Shown: positions 17,543 to 32,500, counted from the first letter of the stretch. The stretch: DNA of 64,000 bases from Thermoguttaceae bacterium (GCA_045599865.1 JAZRWW010000024.1:17212-81211), one strand, 5' to 3'. Made by a program: numbers and translations. Notes: a model not told the origin generated them from the sequence alone.

Positions 17543-20500
17543 ATGAAAACTATGTCGCATTCAGGTAAGCGTTTTCTGTCCGGTCTTGTGAATCGCGTTT
17601 TTAGCACGAATAACAACGAATCGCGAGCGACTGCTAAGCGTCGCGAACGTTCTCTTTCGGCGCGTCGGTTGGGAATGGAACCGTTGGAAGACAGGCAGTT
17701 GCTTGCCGTCGATCCGATTCTTATGGGCGCCGCCGCCGAAGCCGACTCAGTCTCGAACCCGGAAGAAAAGCTCGATTTGATCGACGTTTCGAGCGTGGCG
17801 CCCGCCGAAGCCGATATTGCGATCGCCGATCTGGAGCCGACGATTACGGTGAATTCCGCTACGGTAAATTCCGCGTTGCAAGACGCTGTTCCGCAAACCG
17901 GCGCGTTGGAAAATTCCGACGTCAATTCGACGCAAACGCACCTTGTAAACGCCGATATTTCCGCGCGTTTGAATCGCATTAGTTGCGACGAAATGGGGTG
18001 GGCGGCGACTCTTTCGAATATGTTGACGTACACGGGGTGGAGCGTTTCGTCCGTCGTCGATCCCGCCGATACGACCGAATCGCCCGAACAACAAACGTTT
18101 GACTATTTTACTGATTCGTTTACGAACGCGACCTCTTCGATTTACTATGCGTACGCTTGGTTTATGGGAGGATCCGCCGAATACGTCTATCAGGGCGACT
18201 ACAATTATTCGCAACTTTATTCCGACGATACGCACGGAGGGTTGTTTACTACGAAATCCGGCGAATGGCGCGAATATTCCTACTATATGAAGGAAATTAA
18301 AGCCGCCGATATCGCCTCGCCTCTTTATGGAATTTCGACCGACTATCTCGACAATAATTACGCCGTCGGCGTTGAAGTTCATTATGCGGACGCTCTTGGC
18401 AGAGACGTTGTCGAGCCTAGAAGTTCCGGCGTTCCTATGAAAAGCTGGCTTACGTATTGGGGATACGAGTACGATCCAACGTATAACGAAAGGGACAAAG
18501 AATATTTTACCGCCGTTTATATGTCGAATCCCGATACTGGCAAAGTTGAACGAATGAGCGTTCAGTGGGACAACTTTTTGAACGCGTACAAATTCACGAA
18601 CTACGATCAATCTACGGGGCGAACGCCTTACGTTTATTCGTTTACCGTCTTGCAACGTATGCCGGGGTACGGCGTTTTGATTCCCGACGCCTATGAGCCG
18701 AACAACGCGCCCGCCGATTTTGAAAAAGGGACGTTGTCTGATCTCGGCGTTATCGACGTCGTGACTCCAAGTTCGCAAAGCGGAACGTCTGCTAACGGCA
18801 ATACGTTTACTCTTGAAAAATTAACGCTGTACGCGCAAGGGACTGAAGACGGAAAAGTTGCCGCCGACCCCGTTGATTTTTACAAGTTTGAATTGACTCA
18901 AACCGCCTCGCGTTCGGATAGCGTCGTCGTTGAATTTACGAACGACTATCTCAATTTCCCTCTGAAGGCGACGTTATACTCCTGCGCCGACGACGGCGAC
19001 GCCTTGCCGATCGACCCCGAAGAATATGGTATGGCGAACGGTTTTTACGACGCGTCGACTTCGAATTATACGAAGTATACGATCGGCGAGGACGGAAAGA
19101 TCTATTCCGAGGTCGTATATCAAAAGACTATTAAACTTACCGGGCTGACCGCAGGTAAGTATTATCTGCAAGTCGAGTTCGAAGACGGAGCGGTCGGCGG
19201 CGTCAATAGCGGATATAGCGTGACTTTTAACGCCGGTTACGACGACGTGTATGAAACGAACAACTCGTTCGCTGAAGTAAACGAGGCGCCCGTTTCTACT
19301 CCGAAGAATCCGACTTCGAATCTTGGCGTCGTATTAGGAAACGTCCAAATTAGCGACCTTGTCTTGAAACAATACAGTAAGGACTTTAGTGAAACCGACT
19401 GGTATCGTTTTGAAACGACTGCGACGGGGGACGCGAATAGCGGCGTTAGACTCTTCTACGAGGCGACATACGCGCAAGACAACGACAGCGACCTCGATTT
19501 GTATCTATACAAAGCCGACGAATCGTCGACGACAGGCTATAAATTAGTCGGAAAAGCCGTCGAAACGAAGGACGATTTCGTTAGTATGAAAGGTATGGAA
19601 CCGGGCGTTTATTACGTCAAGGTCGTGGGATTCTATGAAGCCGGCAACGTTGAGTATAAGTTGGGAATCAACGTCGCAGCTAGCGACAATATCGACGTCC
19701 GACCAGAGGTTCCGTCAAGTTACAACTGGGCGGCGCCTCTTGTCGTTTCGTCGGAAAAATACGTTCCTAATTCTTCCGAAACGTATGAAAGCGAAGTCGT
19801 TATCGGCTTGGATGGAAACGTTTACTGGAATTATGCGTTTGCCGTCTACGGTTCGGAAAAAGCTGACGAACAAAAGATTACGCTTGGTTTGTTCGTAAAC
19901 GGCAAGCGCGTTGAAGAAGACTTGTTGATTAAACAAATTAGCAAGTCCGATTTAGACGACTCAATGAAAAAGTCCCTGCTCGAACTCTTTACGACGGGCA
20001 AGTCGATGGGCGCGGGCGAGAGCTTCGTCGTCTCCAATTTCAATTTGGGAAAAATCGGCGAAGAGGGAACCGTCGCGTCGCTGTTTGGCGCTACGGCGCA
20101 AGCGAAGAATTCGATCGTTGTCGCTATCAATCCGGATAATTACGAATTTGGTGAAAATTTCGGAAAGATCAAGAAGGTTAAAGGGGAAGAACGTCAAGTT
20201 ACGCTTGCGTATAACGCTACCGACGGCGAATTTTATGACGGTTCTACTCCTGTCGTTATTCCTAAGGGCGAAACGATCGAAGTGTATCGCAACGGTAAAT
20301 TTGTCGACGAAATTACTTATGGCGTCGACAAATTCAAGTTCCAAGACGGCGATCTCGTGCTGACTACCGTTTCCGACGTTCAGTATCAGGTTGATACGAC
20401 TTCCTATGTTCTGAAAGAAGAGCCTGTCGTTAAAGAGTATGTCGTCGACAACAACTTCTCTTCGACGTTTTTCTTTGTCAACGATTTGCGTGAAGACATA

Positions 20501-23500
20501 TTTGCGCCGAACGCCAGCATCGCCGACGTCGTAAATAATACGAACCCGAGCCAAAATAATCCCGATCTTGGCGTCGCCAATATCGAAAATCTGACCCAAG
20601 AAGAAGGGACTGATCGTTGGTATCGTGAGATTAACGACCTTGTGATTACCGGAGAAACGGACAAAAACGGAAATTATATTTCCGATTGGTTCAAATTTGA
20701 GTTGAAGAGCGGCAAAGAACGCAATTACGAAGAAGCGTTCGTTGAAATTCTTTTCAACCAAGACGAAGATATTAAGGAACGTGAAAAAGCCGACCTTGAT
20801 CTCTATCTGTACAAAATTGTTCAAGACGATCCGAACGTTTCGTTTGACGAAGCTTATGCGGCTGGAGCTTATAAGGTCGTTTTGATCGGTAGTAGCAAGG
20901 GCGTCGGCGACGAGGAAAGAATTAACTTTTTCGAAGTCGGACAAGACGGAAAGCGAACTTGCAAACTTGACGACGGAACCTACTTCATTCGCGTCTCTGG
21001 ATTCAATGGAAACGCGGGACGGTACTCGCTCAGACTGGATGGTTTTACGACTCCGACAAATATCGAAGTTACCGATCCGAGCGAATACTTTACGGACGAC
21101 AGCGTTTCCGTCGTCAATTCCGTCGCTACGTTGAATTGGAAGACGCCCGCGACAGATTTCGTTTCGAGAGTAACTATCAGTTATCGTGAAGTAGGCGCGG
21201 AAAAATGGAAGATCGCCGATTATTTCAAGGCGTCCGCGAAGTCTTGTAAGATTGCCGATCTGAATCCCAATACCGAATATGAATTCCAACTGACCGCCGA
21301 GAACTCGTTTAGTTCTAAGAGCGCGAGCGTAAAGAAGACGACCGATAATTTCCTGAACGAAACCGTCTATCGCGCCATTATCGTCGGCGTTTCCGATTAT
21401 CCGGGAACCGCCGCCGACTTAGTCGCCGCGTCGAACGATGCGAAAGCCATTCGGGATAAGTTGCTCGAAGACCCGCAGTGGGCTTCGGAAAATATCGTCT
21501 TATTGACGGACGCCGAAGCGACTCGCGACGCCGTTCTCAACGCGTTTGAAACAATGAAGTCCGTTTCGGACGACAACGACGTCTTGTTCTTCTACTTTGC
21601 CGGATCTGGCACGAGCGCGTCGATCGGCGGAAAGTCGGTCGGTTATCTTAAGACTTTTGGCAGTTCGCGCAAGGAATATTTGTCGAGCGAAGATTTGTTA
21701 AAAGCCGCCGAATCCGTCGCCGCCGGTTCGAAACAGTTCATTCTTGACGCGGGTCAAGTCGCCAAAGACGTCGAGCAAACCGCGATCGATTACGACGCCT
21801 TCATTAAGGCGCTAACCGCTTCCAAAGTCAACGGAGATTCTGATCGCGTCGCGCAAACGACCGTGTTGACTTCGGGGCAGAGCGGAACGATTTCCTCCGA
21901 AGGAACCGGCAATCGTTCTATCTTCAATCGAGCTTTAACCGAAGCGATCGACTTCTACAGCTATTACGAAGAAGAAGAAAAAACGGACGAAAGTTCCGAT
22001 CCGGCGCCGGAAAAGGAGAACTTTGAGAAGGAAGACTCCGAAGAAGAGAAAATCTTCGATGAAACGGATCGTACTCGTGTCAATTACTCCTCGATTTTCG
22101 ATTACATAAGCAAGGATATTCGCGTCGTCGCTTATGAAATGGTTCCGACGCTCGCGTCTAGCGATTCCGAAGACGCCGTGATTATGAACGGATATTGGAA
22201 CGAAAAAGACGCCTTCAATAAAGAATGGCTTGACGCCGGGGCGATCGTCGTTACCTCGACGGTCGACGTGGTCGACGCGCGCGATGGAAAGGTTTCGTTG
22301 CGCGAAGCCGCTAATTTGATCGGAAGCGAGATTCCGCGTGAAGAAGAGCTTGCCAATGGCGACGTCTTTGCGCTTGGCGGCGGTTCGACGATTAAGATCG
22401 GAGTCACGGAAGGACGCCTAGTAGACGACGTGGAAGTTGCGTATTCGAACGGAGGATTCAGAACGAACGGAACTTGCGTTTTGCAAGTCGGAGAAAAGAC
22501 CGTTGAATTCAATAAGATCGGCAACGTTGTCTCTTGGACGCAAGAAGATTGGGAGTCCGGCGCCGTCGTTTTGACCGACGAAGAAGGACTTGCCGTCAAA
22601 GGACTCGAATACCTTCTCGACGCGACTATCAGGTCTACCGTCGTCGATAAAGAAGAATTTACGATTCCTCGTCGTCTCAAGGAAGGCGACGTTCTGACGA
22701 CGGCGCTGGAAGGCGGAAAAGAGTACGTCGTAACCAAGGTCGGGAACGTCTATAAGTTGGTTGCCGAAGACGGTTCGATTTATTCGAAAACGACCGGGCT
22801 TTACTACAAAGAGTCGCCGGTTACTATTTCTACGCAGATTAAGATCGAACAGTTGGTCAAGATGACGAAAGTTGTTTTTGCCGACTCGTTGGCGGGTCAA
22901 GCGTTGACTACGGATCGATCCGGCGGAGCGATCGTCTTTGAAAACGGCGGGATCGTCGACGCTACTTCGTTAAAGGGCGAATTGGCTATCAGCGGCAAAG
23001 GAAACGACGGAACCTTGATTCGTATTGCCGGAAACGAGCTTGTTACGTTTGTCGGATTTAAGATTACTAACGTTAAGGGAACCGCTGTTAGCGTCGACAG
23101 AGGCGCTAGTTTCGAATTGGCGAACTCTCTGATCTATCGAAACGGCGGCGCTGACGAAGCGTTGATTGACAATCAAGGGAGCGTTTCGTTTGTCAACTGT
23201 ACCGTTGCGAACAATAAATCGACTCTTGTCGCCGGATCCAACGTTCTTTTGACGAACTCCATTGTTGCGCTTAATGATTCTGTCGACGGTTTTGTATACG
23301 GTGAAGACTCGATCGTGTCGAAAAACGATCCGGGCTTTGTCGATGCGGAAAACGACGATTACCAACTGACCAAGGATTCGAAAGCCGTCGATATTGGCGT
23401 CAATTCTGGTATTAAGTTGCAAAGCGGATTTGTGCTTGAGTTTGATTTGGCGGGCGACGAACGTATTGGAACCGCCGGAACTATCGACGCGGGCGCTTAC

Positions 23501-26500
23501 GAGTTCGCCGTTGCGGAAGAAGACCGCGAAACTCCTTCGACCGTCGTGACGACTCTTGAAGATATTGTCGATCCGACCGACGGCGAGATTTCGCTGCGTG
23601 AAGCGATCGCCTACGCAGGAACGACGTATCAGGCGGAATCCGAACTTAAGGAAGGCGAGGTCGTTAAAGGTATTGACGGCGCCGAATACGAAGTTAAGAA
23701 GGGAAGAATCGTTTCCTTCGAAGGCGTTTCCGCCGTTCAGAAAGGGACGTATTACACTGTCGAGGGCGTTTATGTCGTCGACGCATACGGCGAATACGCC
23801 TTGTTGGAAGAAGGAACTAAAGTTACGGTCGACAACGGACTAACGGCCACCGTCGTCGGAAAGAAACTGCAATACGCTTCCGGCGTGCCCGTCGAAGAAG
23901 GCGCTTTGATTACGACTGAAGACGGAGTAGTCGGAAACTTGTCTTACGGCGCGGTAACCGACTTTGTGAACGGACGTCAAATTATCGTCAACTTAACGGC
24001 GAGCGTAATCGACCCGACGACTCCCGTCTCTACTTTTGACGAGGGCGCGTATATTCTGACGTATCAAACCGGCGGAAACTTCAAAGCGACGCTTAAAGTT
24101 ACGACGACCGATTCGAGTCAGCAGTCGACGACGACCGAATTTGAAGCGACTTTCAAACTTGTCGCGGGCGTTCCCTTCACGTTTATTGGAATCGAAGGGG
24201 AAGAAACGATCCTTGAAGATTCCGGCGTTATCGCGAGAGAACGCGCCGTCAATTTGGAAGACGGAAATTATACGCTCGTCAACGACTTAACTGAAAAAAT
24301 CGAGGGCAAGGTCGTCGTTATTTATCAAGCGGGCGCGCAATTTACGTTGAAGCGCGGCGTCTTTGCCGACGCCGACGGAGACGTCGTAAACTTGCCTAAG
24401 GGAACCGAGCTTTATTCTTCCTCCGGCACGGTCGTGTTCCAGTCTTCGAATTTTATTCCGAAGTACTTGAAAGAAGGAACGGTTCTGATTTGCGACGACG
24501 GAACGATTAAGCTCTATAAAGAGGATTTGACCGTTTACGAGGAAATTACGCTTGGCAAGACGATTACCTTCAAAAAAGGACTTGCAAGCGGGACGATTTC
24601 GTTGGAAAAGGGCGCTATTCCCGTCGAGCGCGCGGTTACGATTAACGCGTCTTTGATCGGAGGGTTGACGATCGACGCGCATAAGGCGAGCCGCGTCTTT
24701 ACGATCGACGCTTATCGCGAGGCGAATGCAAACGCTTACGTTAATTTGAGCGGCTTCACGTTGATAAACGGCGATTCGACCGCAGGCGGTTTGATTTACG
24801 TCGAAGAAGGATCGAATTTGAGGCTGACCGATTCTACGCTGGCTGATTCTTCCGCCGACGAAGGCGGCGCGATTTACAACGCAGGTAAGCTCGTTTTCGA
24901 GGGCGCCTCGAAACCGACTTCGATTAGCGCCGTCGATTCGATCGACGGCGGCGCCGCGATCTATAACGTTGGAACGCTGAACGTTACGAACGTTTCGATC
25001 GACGGCGCGCGCGCGCGTAAAGGCGGCGCCGCGATCTATAACGGAATCGGCGCCAGCGCGACTTTGGCCGGAGTTAAAATTACGAACGCCAAAACTGACA
25101 CCGACGGCGGCGCCGTTTATAACGCCGGTACTTTGACGATTTCGAAGTCTTCAGAATTGACTTCGAACAGCGCGACCAACGGCGGCGCCGTTTATAACGT
25201 CGGCGTCTTCACGTCGGTCGGCTCGAAGTTCCAAGACAACAAAGCGACGAACGGCGCCGCGATTTATAACGCGGCGGGCAAGACTTCCTTGACGACCGCC
25301 AATATTCTTGGCAACGTCGCTCAAGAGTACGGCGGCGCGATTTTTGACGCCGCGCAATTCTTCGCCACGCGCGCCGTTATTGCAAATAACGACGCTAAGG
25401 GCAACGGAGGAGCTGTTTATTCTAACGGTTCGACGACGGTCGTCGACTCGCTGATCCTTGCGAACGGTTCCGAAGAGACAGTCGGCAATTACGCCGTTTA
25501 CGGCGATTCCGCGACGGCGTTCTTTACGAACGATACGATCGTCGGCAATAAGCAAGCGGGCGTTTGCCTTAAAGACGGCGTCGGCACGAGTAGATTTTAC
25601 AATACGATCATTGGCGACAACGTCGGTTTTGATTTTGTCGGAGATTCCGCTGATTTCGACGTCAAATACAGTATGGTTCAAACGACCGACGAGATTCTTG
25701 ATGCGACAAATCCTGGTTACGCGCCGTCCTTTACGAAGTTCGACGTTGCGACCGATTGGTCCGAATGGAATTTGCGTCCGGCGTCTGGTTCGGCGACGAT
25801 CGACGCGGGATCCGTCGATTACGCTTGGTATTATAATTTTAGCGGAGTCAAAACGGCGTTGACGACCGATTTTGTAGGCAACGCGCGCTTGGACGGCGAC
25901 AACGTCGACATTGGCGCTTACGAAAGCGGCGTTACTCAGGAAACCGCTTCGACCGTCGTTACGACCCTTGAAGATATTCTCGATCCGACCGACGGCTTGA
26001 TTTCGTTGCGCGAAGCGATCGGGTACGCCGCGTCCGGCAAGACCGTGGCGGATAGAACGGTTACCTTCTCGAGCGATCTGTTCTCGTTGTCGAGTTCCGC
26101 GACGGTTGAACTTGAATCGACGATCGTTATTGGCGGAAACGTGATTGTTACTTCCGCGTATGTCGACGAATTTGGCGACTCCTCTTATTGGGATATTACC
26201 GTCGCGAACAAAAATTCCGACGCGACGCTCTTTGTCGTCGACGGCGGAGCCGACGTCGAAATGCGCGGCTTGACCTTCACGAAGGGGCGCGCGACCGGCG
26301 ATCATACGAGCGGCGGCGCCTTCATTATTCGCGGCGGTTCGACCGCGTTGGTTGATTGCGTCGTTACGGGCAACGTCGCGGATCGCAACGGCGGCGCCGT
26401 TTATATGACGGACGGAACGTTCTTTGCCGTCAATTCCTTGTTCTACGAGAACGCGGCTAGTTCCTCGCGCGGTTACGGCGGCGCCTTCTGCATCACGGGC

Positions 26501-29500
26501 GGACAGGCCTATCTTTACAACTGTACGATCGCCGACAACACGGCCGGCGTTTACGGCGGCGTCTTTGCCAGCGACGGCTTGGTCGTTTTGGCAAACTCGA
26601 TCGTCGCGCGAAACGGCGGCGCGCAAAACGTCGACGTTTACGCGACGAACTTAGACGCGCACGCCAACTTGATCGGCGCTATGGACGCTTGGAAGTCCGT
26701 CGGAGGATTCAACGGAAACATCGTCGGAATTCCTTCTTCGCCCGTCGATCCGAAGTTTGTTGATTTTGAAGCGAACGACTTCTCGTTGCAAAACGATTCG
26801 TTGGCGGCAAACGCCGGACTCAACGCCTATGCGTTTGGACCGGACGGCGTGAGACTCAAGTTCGATTTGAACGCCGACGAGCGTATTGTCGGCGGAGTCG
26901 TCGATATGGGCGCGTTCGAATCTCAATACGCCGTCGACGTTCCTTCGACCGTCGTTACCACTTTGGTCGACGTCGTAGACCAGACCGACGGTTTGATTTC
27001 CTTGCGTGAAGCGATCGAGTACGCCAAGCAGCTCAAGACTCCGATCACGTTTGATTTGACCGAACAAGGAGACGACGATAAGAGCGATAAGGATAAGAGC
27101 GATAAGGATAAGAGCGACGAGGAATTTGAAGGTCAAGCCGAAATCCGTTTGGAAGGCGCCGAAATTGAAATTACCGACGACGTGATTATCGACGCGTCCA
27201 ACCTTAAGGGCGGCTTGACGATTTTCGGCGGCGATTCCCGTATCTTTAACGTCAACGGCGCCAAGCTCACGTTAAAGAACGTCGCCTTAACGGGCGGATA
27301 TGAGACTCGCGGCGGCGCGATCTATATGTCGAGCGGCGAATTGAACCTTACAAACGTTCTGATCTACGGCAACGACGCCGACGAAGAAGGCGGCGCGATT
27401 TACGCGAAGAGCGGCGCTGGGACTTTCCTGAACACGACGATCGCGGGCAACGACGCCGGAAATTATCAAGGCGTCTATTTCAACGGAACGTTGAATTTGC
27501 AAAACACGATTATCGCCGCGAATGCGAAAGAAAGTTCCGTCGCCGATTACAACTTCGACTTGAGCGTCAACGGCAAAATTACGTCGATCGCGAGTATCGT
27601 CGGTTTGGCGTCGAACGCCGTTGCGAATAATTTCAACGGAGTCAACGGCAACGTTTACGGTTCCGGCGAAAACATTGTCGATCCGGGCTTTGTCGCCGCC
27701 GAATCAAACGATTTCACCTTGACGCAAGATTCGATCGCCGTCAATACCGGCTCCAACCGCTTGATTGGTCAGCCCGGCTATTACGCGTCGATTCTGCAAA
27801 CGTCTTCCAACGCCGCTTATGTGCGCACCGATTTTGCCGGCGATCAACGTTTGGTCGGAAGCGCCGTCGACGTCGGCGCGTATGAATTCCAAACGGCTAC
27901 GGAGAATCCGTCGGTCGTCGTGACGACCTTGGACGACGTCGTGGATGCGTTCGACGGCGAGATTTCGTTACGCGAAGCGCTCGAATACGCGGGTTCCGCT
28001 TACGTCGTAGACGGCGAAGTAACTAAGGTTGGACGAACGATTACCTTTGATTCCGCGTTGGCGAACGGCGTGATTAAGCTTCAAAGTACTCTAGAAATTA
28101 CCAAGTGCGTTACGATCGACGCGACGGATTTGCAAGGTTCGTTGACTCTTGCCGCCGACTTTGAGGACGGACAAGACGGGTTTAACGCGTTGACGTTGAA
28201 CGCGGTCGCCGACTCGGTTCAAAGCGAGGTCTACGTTTGCGGTCTAGGAATTACCGGCGGTAAATCCGACTACGGCGCGGGCGTTTATCACCTTGGCGGC
28301 GACGCGACGTTGCTTAACTGCGCGATTTATGGAAACGAAGCGAATTACGGAGCCGGCGTCGCTTCCGCCGCGTCGAACGATTTTGACGCGTCGAGTAGTT
28401 TGCGCCTTGTCAACGTTACCGTGACGAAGAACGACGCCAAGGGCGCCTACGGCGGCATATGGACGCGAAGCGCTGAAATTACGTTGCATAACACGATCGT
28501 CGCCCAGAACACGACGAATGGAGAAAACGGCGCCGATATTTCTATTTCGAACGTTGGAAGTATGCTTTCTTCGATGATCGGAATCGCGTCGGGAACCTTC
28601 GCGCGAGAATACGACGGCGAGAACGCCAATATCGTGGGAACCGCCGATTCTCCTGCGTCTCCCTCCTTTAACGACTACGAGAACGACGATTTCACTTTGG
28701 CGCGCGACGCCGACGGCGTGGTCTCCGTCGCTGTCAACGCGGGCGACAACACCTTGTGCGTCTTGGCCGACGGCTCCGTGCCTACTATGGACGCCGGAAA
28801 TTCCGCTCGTATCGTCGGCGGCGTCGTCGATATGGGCGCGTTCGAGTCTGAACTTGGTCCTACGGAGATTCCGAACTTGATGGTTACGACGGCGGAAGAC
28901 GTCGTTGATCCTTACGACGGTTTGATCTCCTTGCGCGAAGCGACGATTTACGCGAATAGCTACGGTTTGGCCGGCACGATCTGCTTTGCCGAAAGATTGA
29001 GCGGCTCTACGATCTATCTCAACGAAACGTTGAGATTGTCCAACGATATTACGATCGACGGACTTGCGAACGGCGTCGTCGGCATAACGTTGACGACAGC
29101 CGATTCAGTCGAGGATCAACGTATCCTGTTGGTCGACGGCGGCGCGACGGTTATTAACGGTCTCACGATCACGAATCGTTATTCGGAACGCTTGCGAAAC
29201 GGCGGAACGTTGAATATCGAGCAGGGCGGCGCGGTTTATGTTCGCACGGGGACGCTTGCGCTCTACAATACGCTGATGACGGACAACGCCGCCGAATCCG
29301 GCGCCGCGATTTACGTCAACGAAAACAGCGCTTCCGCGACCGTTACGATCGTCAATTCGACGATCATCGCCAACGTCGGACTTACCGACGACGTTGTTAA
29401 AGGCGCCGCAATTTACAGCGAGCGGGGCGTCGTCAATCTTTGGAACACGATCGTCGCGACGAACAAGCTAGACGACGGAACTCTTGCGCAAGACGTTTAC

Positions 29501-32500
29501 AAAGGTTCCGACGTCTCTTCCGTCGACGTCGCGACGAAACGCGACACGGTGACGATCGCCGACGTTCCCGAGTACGAAGACGCGATTTGGACGTTCGTCA
29601 ACGGCGACGAGGTTCGTTACAATTACCAGACGTTGACCTATCAAGACGGCGAATTCTATACGCGCTACGGCGAGAAAGTTACGTTTGCGATCGAAGACAC
29701 TATCTCCGCAGGACAGACGGTCGAATTGGAGTATCGTTCGACCGGCGGTTCCAACGGTTGGTTTATCGAAGGCGTCGTTTACGACTTGGCTCCTCAGACG
29801 GGCGACACGTTCCAATGGACGAATTCTGCGACTGGTCAGACGTCGACGCTTTACTACTATAACGGGGAGTATCGACTCGGGTCGATGGGCGGAAAAGCCG
29901 TTTCCTTTACGGATGGCGATCGTCTAGTCGCAACGGCGCGCGTCAGTCTCGAATATCACGTCGACGGATTCCATCGTTTGAACGTCGTTCAGACTTCGAG
30001 CGGTTGGTTCCGTAGAGACTATAATTTGACGACGAGCGCCGCCGTCGAGTACGCGCAACAGGTTTTGGACGCCTTGCGTCAAGATTTGATTTATCAAACG
30101 TCTTATACGAAGGTCGTCAACGGCGTTAAGGTTACCTATCCGATTAAATCGGCGAGCGTCGAGATTACCGGGTATTCGGCGGAGGTGCGAACAGACTTGT
30201 TGCATTATACCGTCGACTATACCTATGCCGCCGCGTATACTTACGAGACGGAAGCGGGCGTTACCGTTCTCAATACGTTTGTTTCGATTTCCGATTCTCT
30301 CGCCTCGTTGACGTCCGGCGCAGGTTCCTTCATTGGAACGACGAGCAAGCCGTTGACGCGAGACGCGGAAGCGATGTTTGTCGACGCCGAGAACGGCGAT
30401 TACCATTTGACGAACCTGTCCCTTGCGACAAACGCGGGCAACAACTCGTATTTCAATCAGGGTACGATCAACGGAACGTTCGACTCGTTGGATATCGAGG
30501 GCAATCCGCGCGTTTACTATACGACGGTCGATATGGGCGCGTTCGAAAATCAGGAAGCGAAAGATTCGCCGATCGTCTCGATTTCCGGCAAGTCCGTGAC
30601 GTTGCAGGTTACGACGGGCGAAGACGACGTGGACTCGTCTGACGGCGTCACTTCGTTGCGCGAAGCGTTGCTGTTGGCAAATTCGCTTTACGAACGCGGA
30701 TACGAGAACGTTACGATCAACGTTAGAAGCGCCTATAAGATTACTTTGGACAGGTCGTTGGGCTCGCCGATTATTAATGCGCCGGTCGTTGTGAACGGCG
30801 CGTGTGCGACGATCGATTGCAATTCCGCAAGCAACGCCTTCGTCGTCGACACGGACGGCAAAGTCGTCTTGTCGAACTTGATTATTACGAACGGCGCGCT
30901 CACTTCCGGCGCCGGCGTTAAGCTGACTTCGGGCGACCTGACTCTTTCGAACTGCTTGATTTACGGTTGCGAAGCGACCGTTAAAGGCGGCGCGATTTAT
31001 ACGGAATCCAATGGAACGTTGGCGTTGTACAATACGACGATCGCCAAGAATGTCGCCGTTGACGGTTGCGGCATATACGGCGCCAAGGGTTCGAAAGTCG
31101 AGTTGTACAATTCGATCATAGCGGAAAATCGTTGCTCGGAGACCGGCGTCGACGTTACCGACGTCTCGTTCTACGGCGACTTTGCGATCAACGCCTCCTT
31201 GATTGGCAACGCCGGTTCGGAAGCAAACCAAAAAGCCTTGCTCGCCAAGTCGGTCGCGTCCAAGATCGGTTACGGCGTCGACGACAAGGTCGACCCGCTC
31301 TTCGTGAAGGCGAACGACGGAAACTTCAGAATTTCCGCAACGTCGAGTCCGGCGAAAAACGCGGGTTCGTCCGAGTACGTTTATCCGAATTCGCGCGATT
31401 TGGACGGAAATAACCTTAGCGGCGCCGCGTCCGTTAGTATGGGCGCGTATCAGATAGGTACGGAAGCGCGTTCGACGATCGTTACGACGCTTGAAGACGT
31501 CGTGGATCCGACCGACGGTTTGATCTCTTTGCGCGAAGCGGTCAATTACGCTTCCGACAACATAGCCGGAGCCGGTTGCGGCAGTATTGACAATAGCTCG
31601 TACAATACCGAAAACGCAATGAACAATCCGAGCGTTTATAGCGCGACTTACTACTCGCCGATTACCTTTGACGAAAGTTTGGCGGGCGGCACGATTAAAT
31701 TGCACGCCGGGATAACGTTTGACAGGTTGTCGGGTTCAGGCTCCGTGTACGACACTCTGATTGACGCCTCGGCATTGAGCGGATTGGGCGGTATCACGAT
31801 CGATTGCTCGGAAATTGTCGGAGGAACGGGCGGAGCGGTCTTCCAAGTTATTGGTCAAGGCGATCCTACCAACGGCATATATATGCCGGTTCATCTTGAC
31901 GTTCGCAACGTGAATATTGTCGGTTCTGGACGAGGAACGGCGTTTTCCGCGAATATGTACGGGATGGTAACGTTGCGCAACTGCTTGGTCGCCGGATTTG
32001 GCACGGGCGTTTCCGTCGGCGACAACGATAGCGATCAAGCTGGCGTCGCGCATATTTACAACACGACGATCGACGGAAATATTGTTGCGAGTGGTCCGAT
32101 CTTCGTCTACAATTCGTTGATTACGGGTCAGGCGCAGATACCTGTTACGCAAAATAATCCGGCGTATCGACGCGTCGATTCGTATTCGTCCTTTATCAAC
32201 GGATATAGCGGCTTGGCGCGACTCTACGGTTCCTATAAGTCGGGAACGGTAGAGGATCAGTTTGTTGATTATGCGAACGGCGACTATCGTTTGAACCCCG
32301 TGTCACTTTGCGTCAATAGCGCCGACGCCGCCTACGTTCAGACGTTGCAACCGACTCACGCGTTTGGCGAGGTCGATTTGAACGGCAATCCGCGTATTTA
32401 CTCCATCGTTGATATTGGTTGTTATGAATCGACTTACCTTGATATTCCTTCGACGACGGTAACGACGACTGAAGACGTCGTGGATCACAACGACGGTTTG

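Noticed and set aside
17407-31705. Multiple long minus-strand ORFs (17407..18033, 17747..18778, 19961..21289, 25151..26626, 29924..31705 and others)
   Set aside because: All are antisense to the giant ORF, whose frame carries coherent domain motifs throughout. The antisense translations are Arg/Val/Asn-rich with no recognisable domains.
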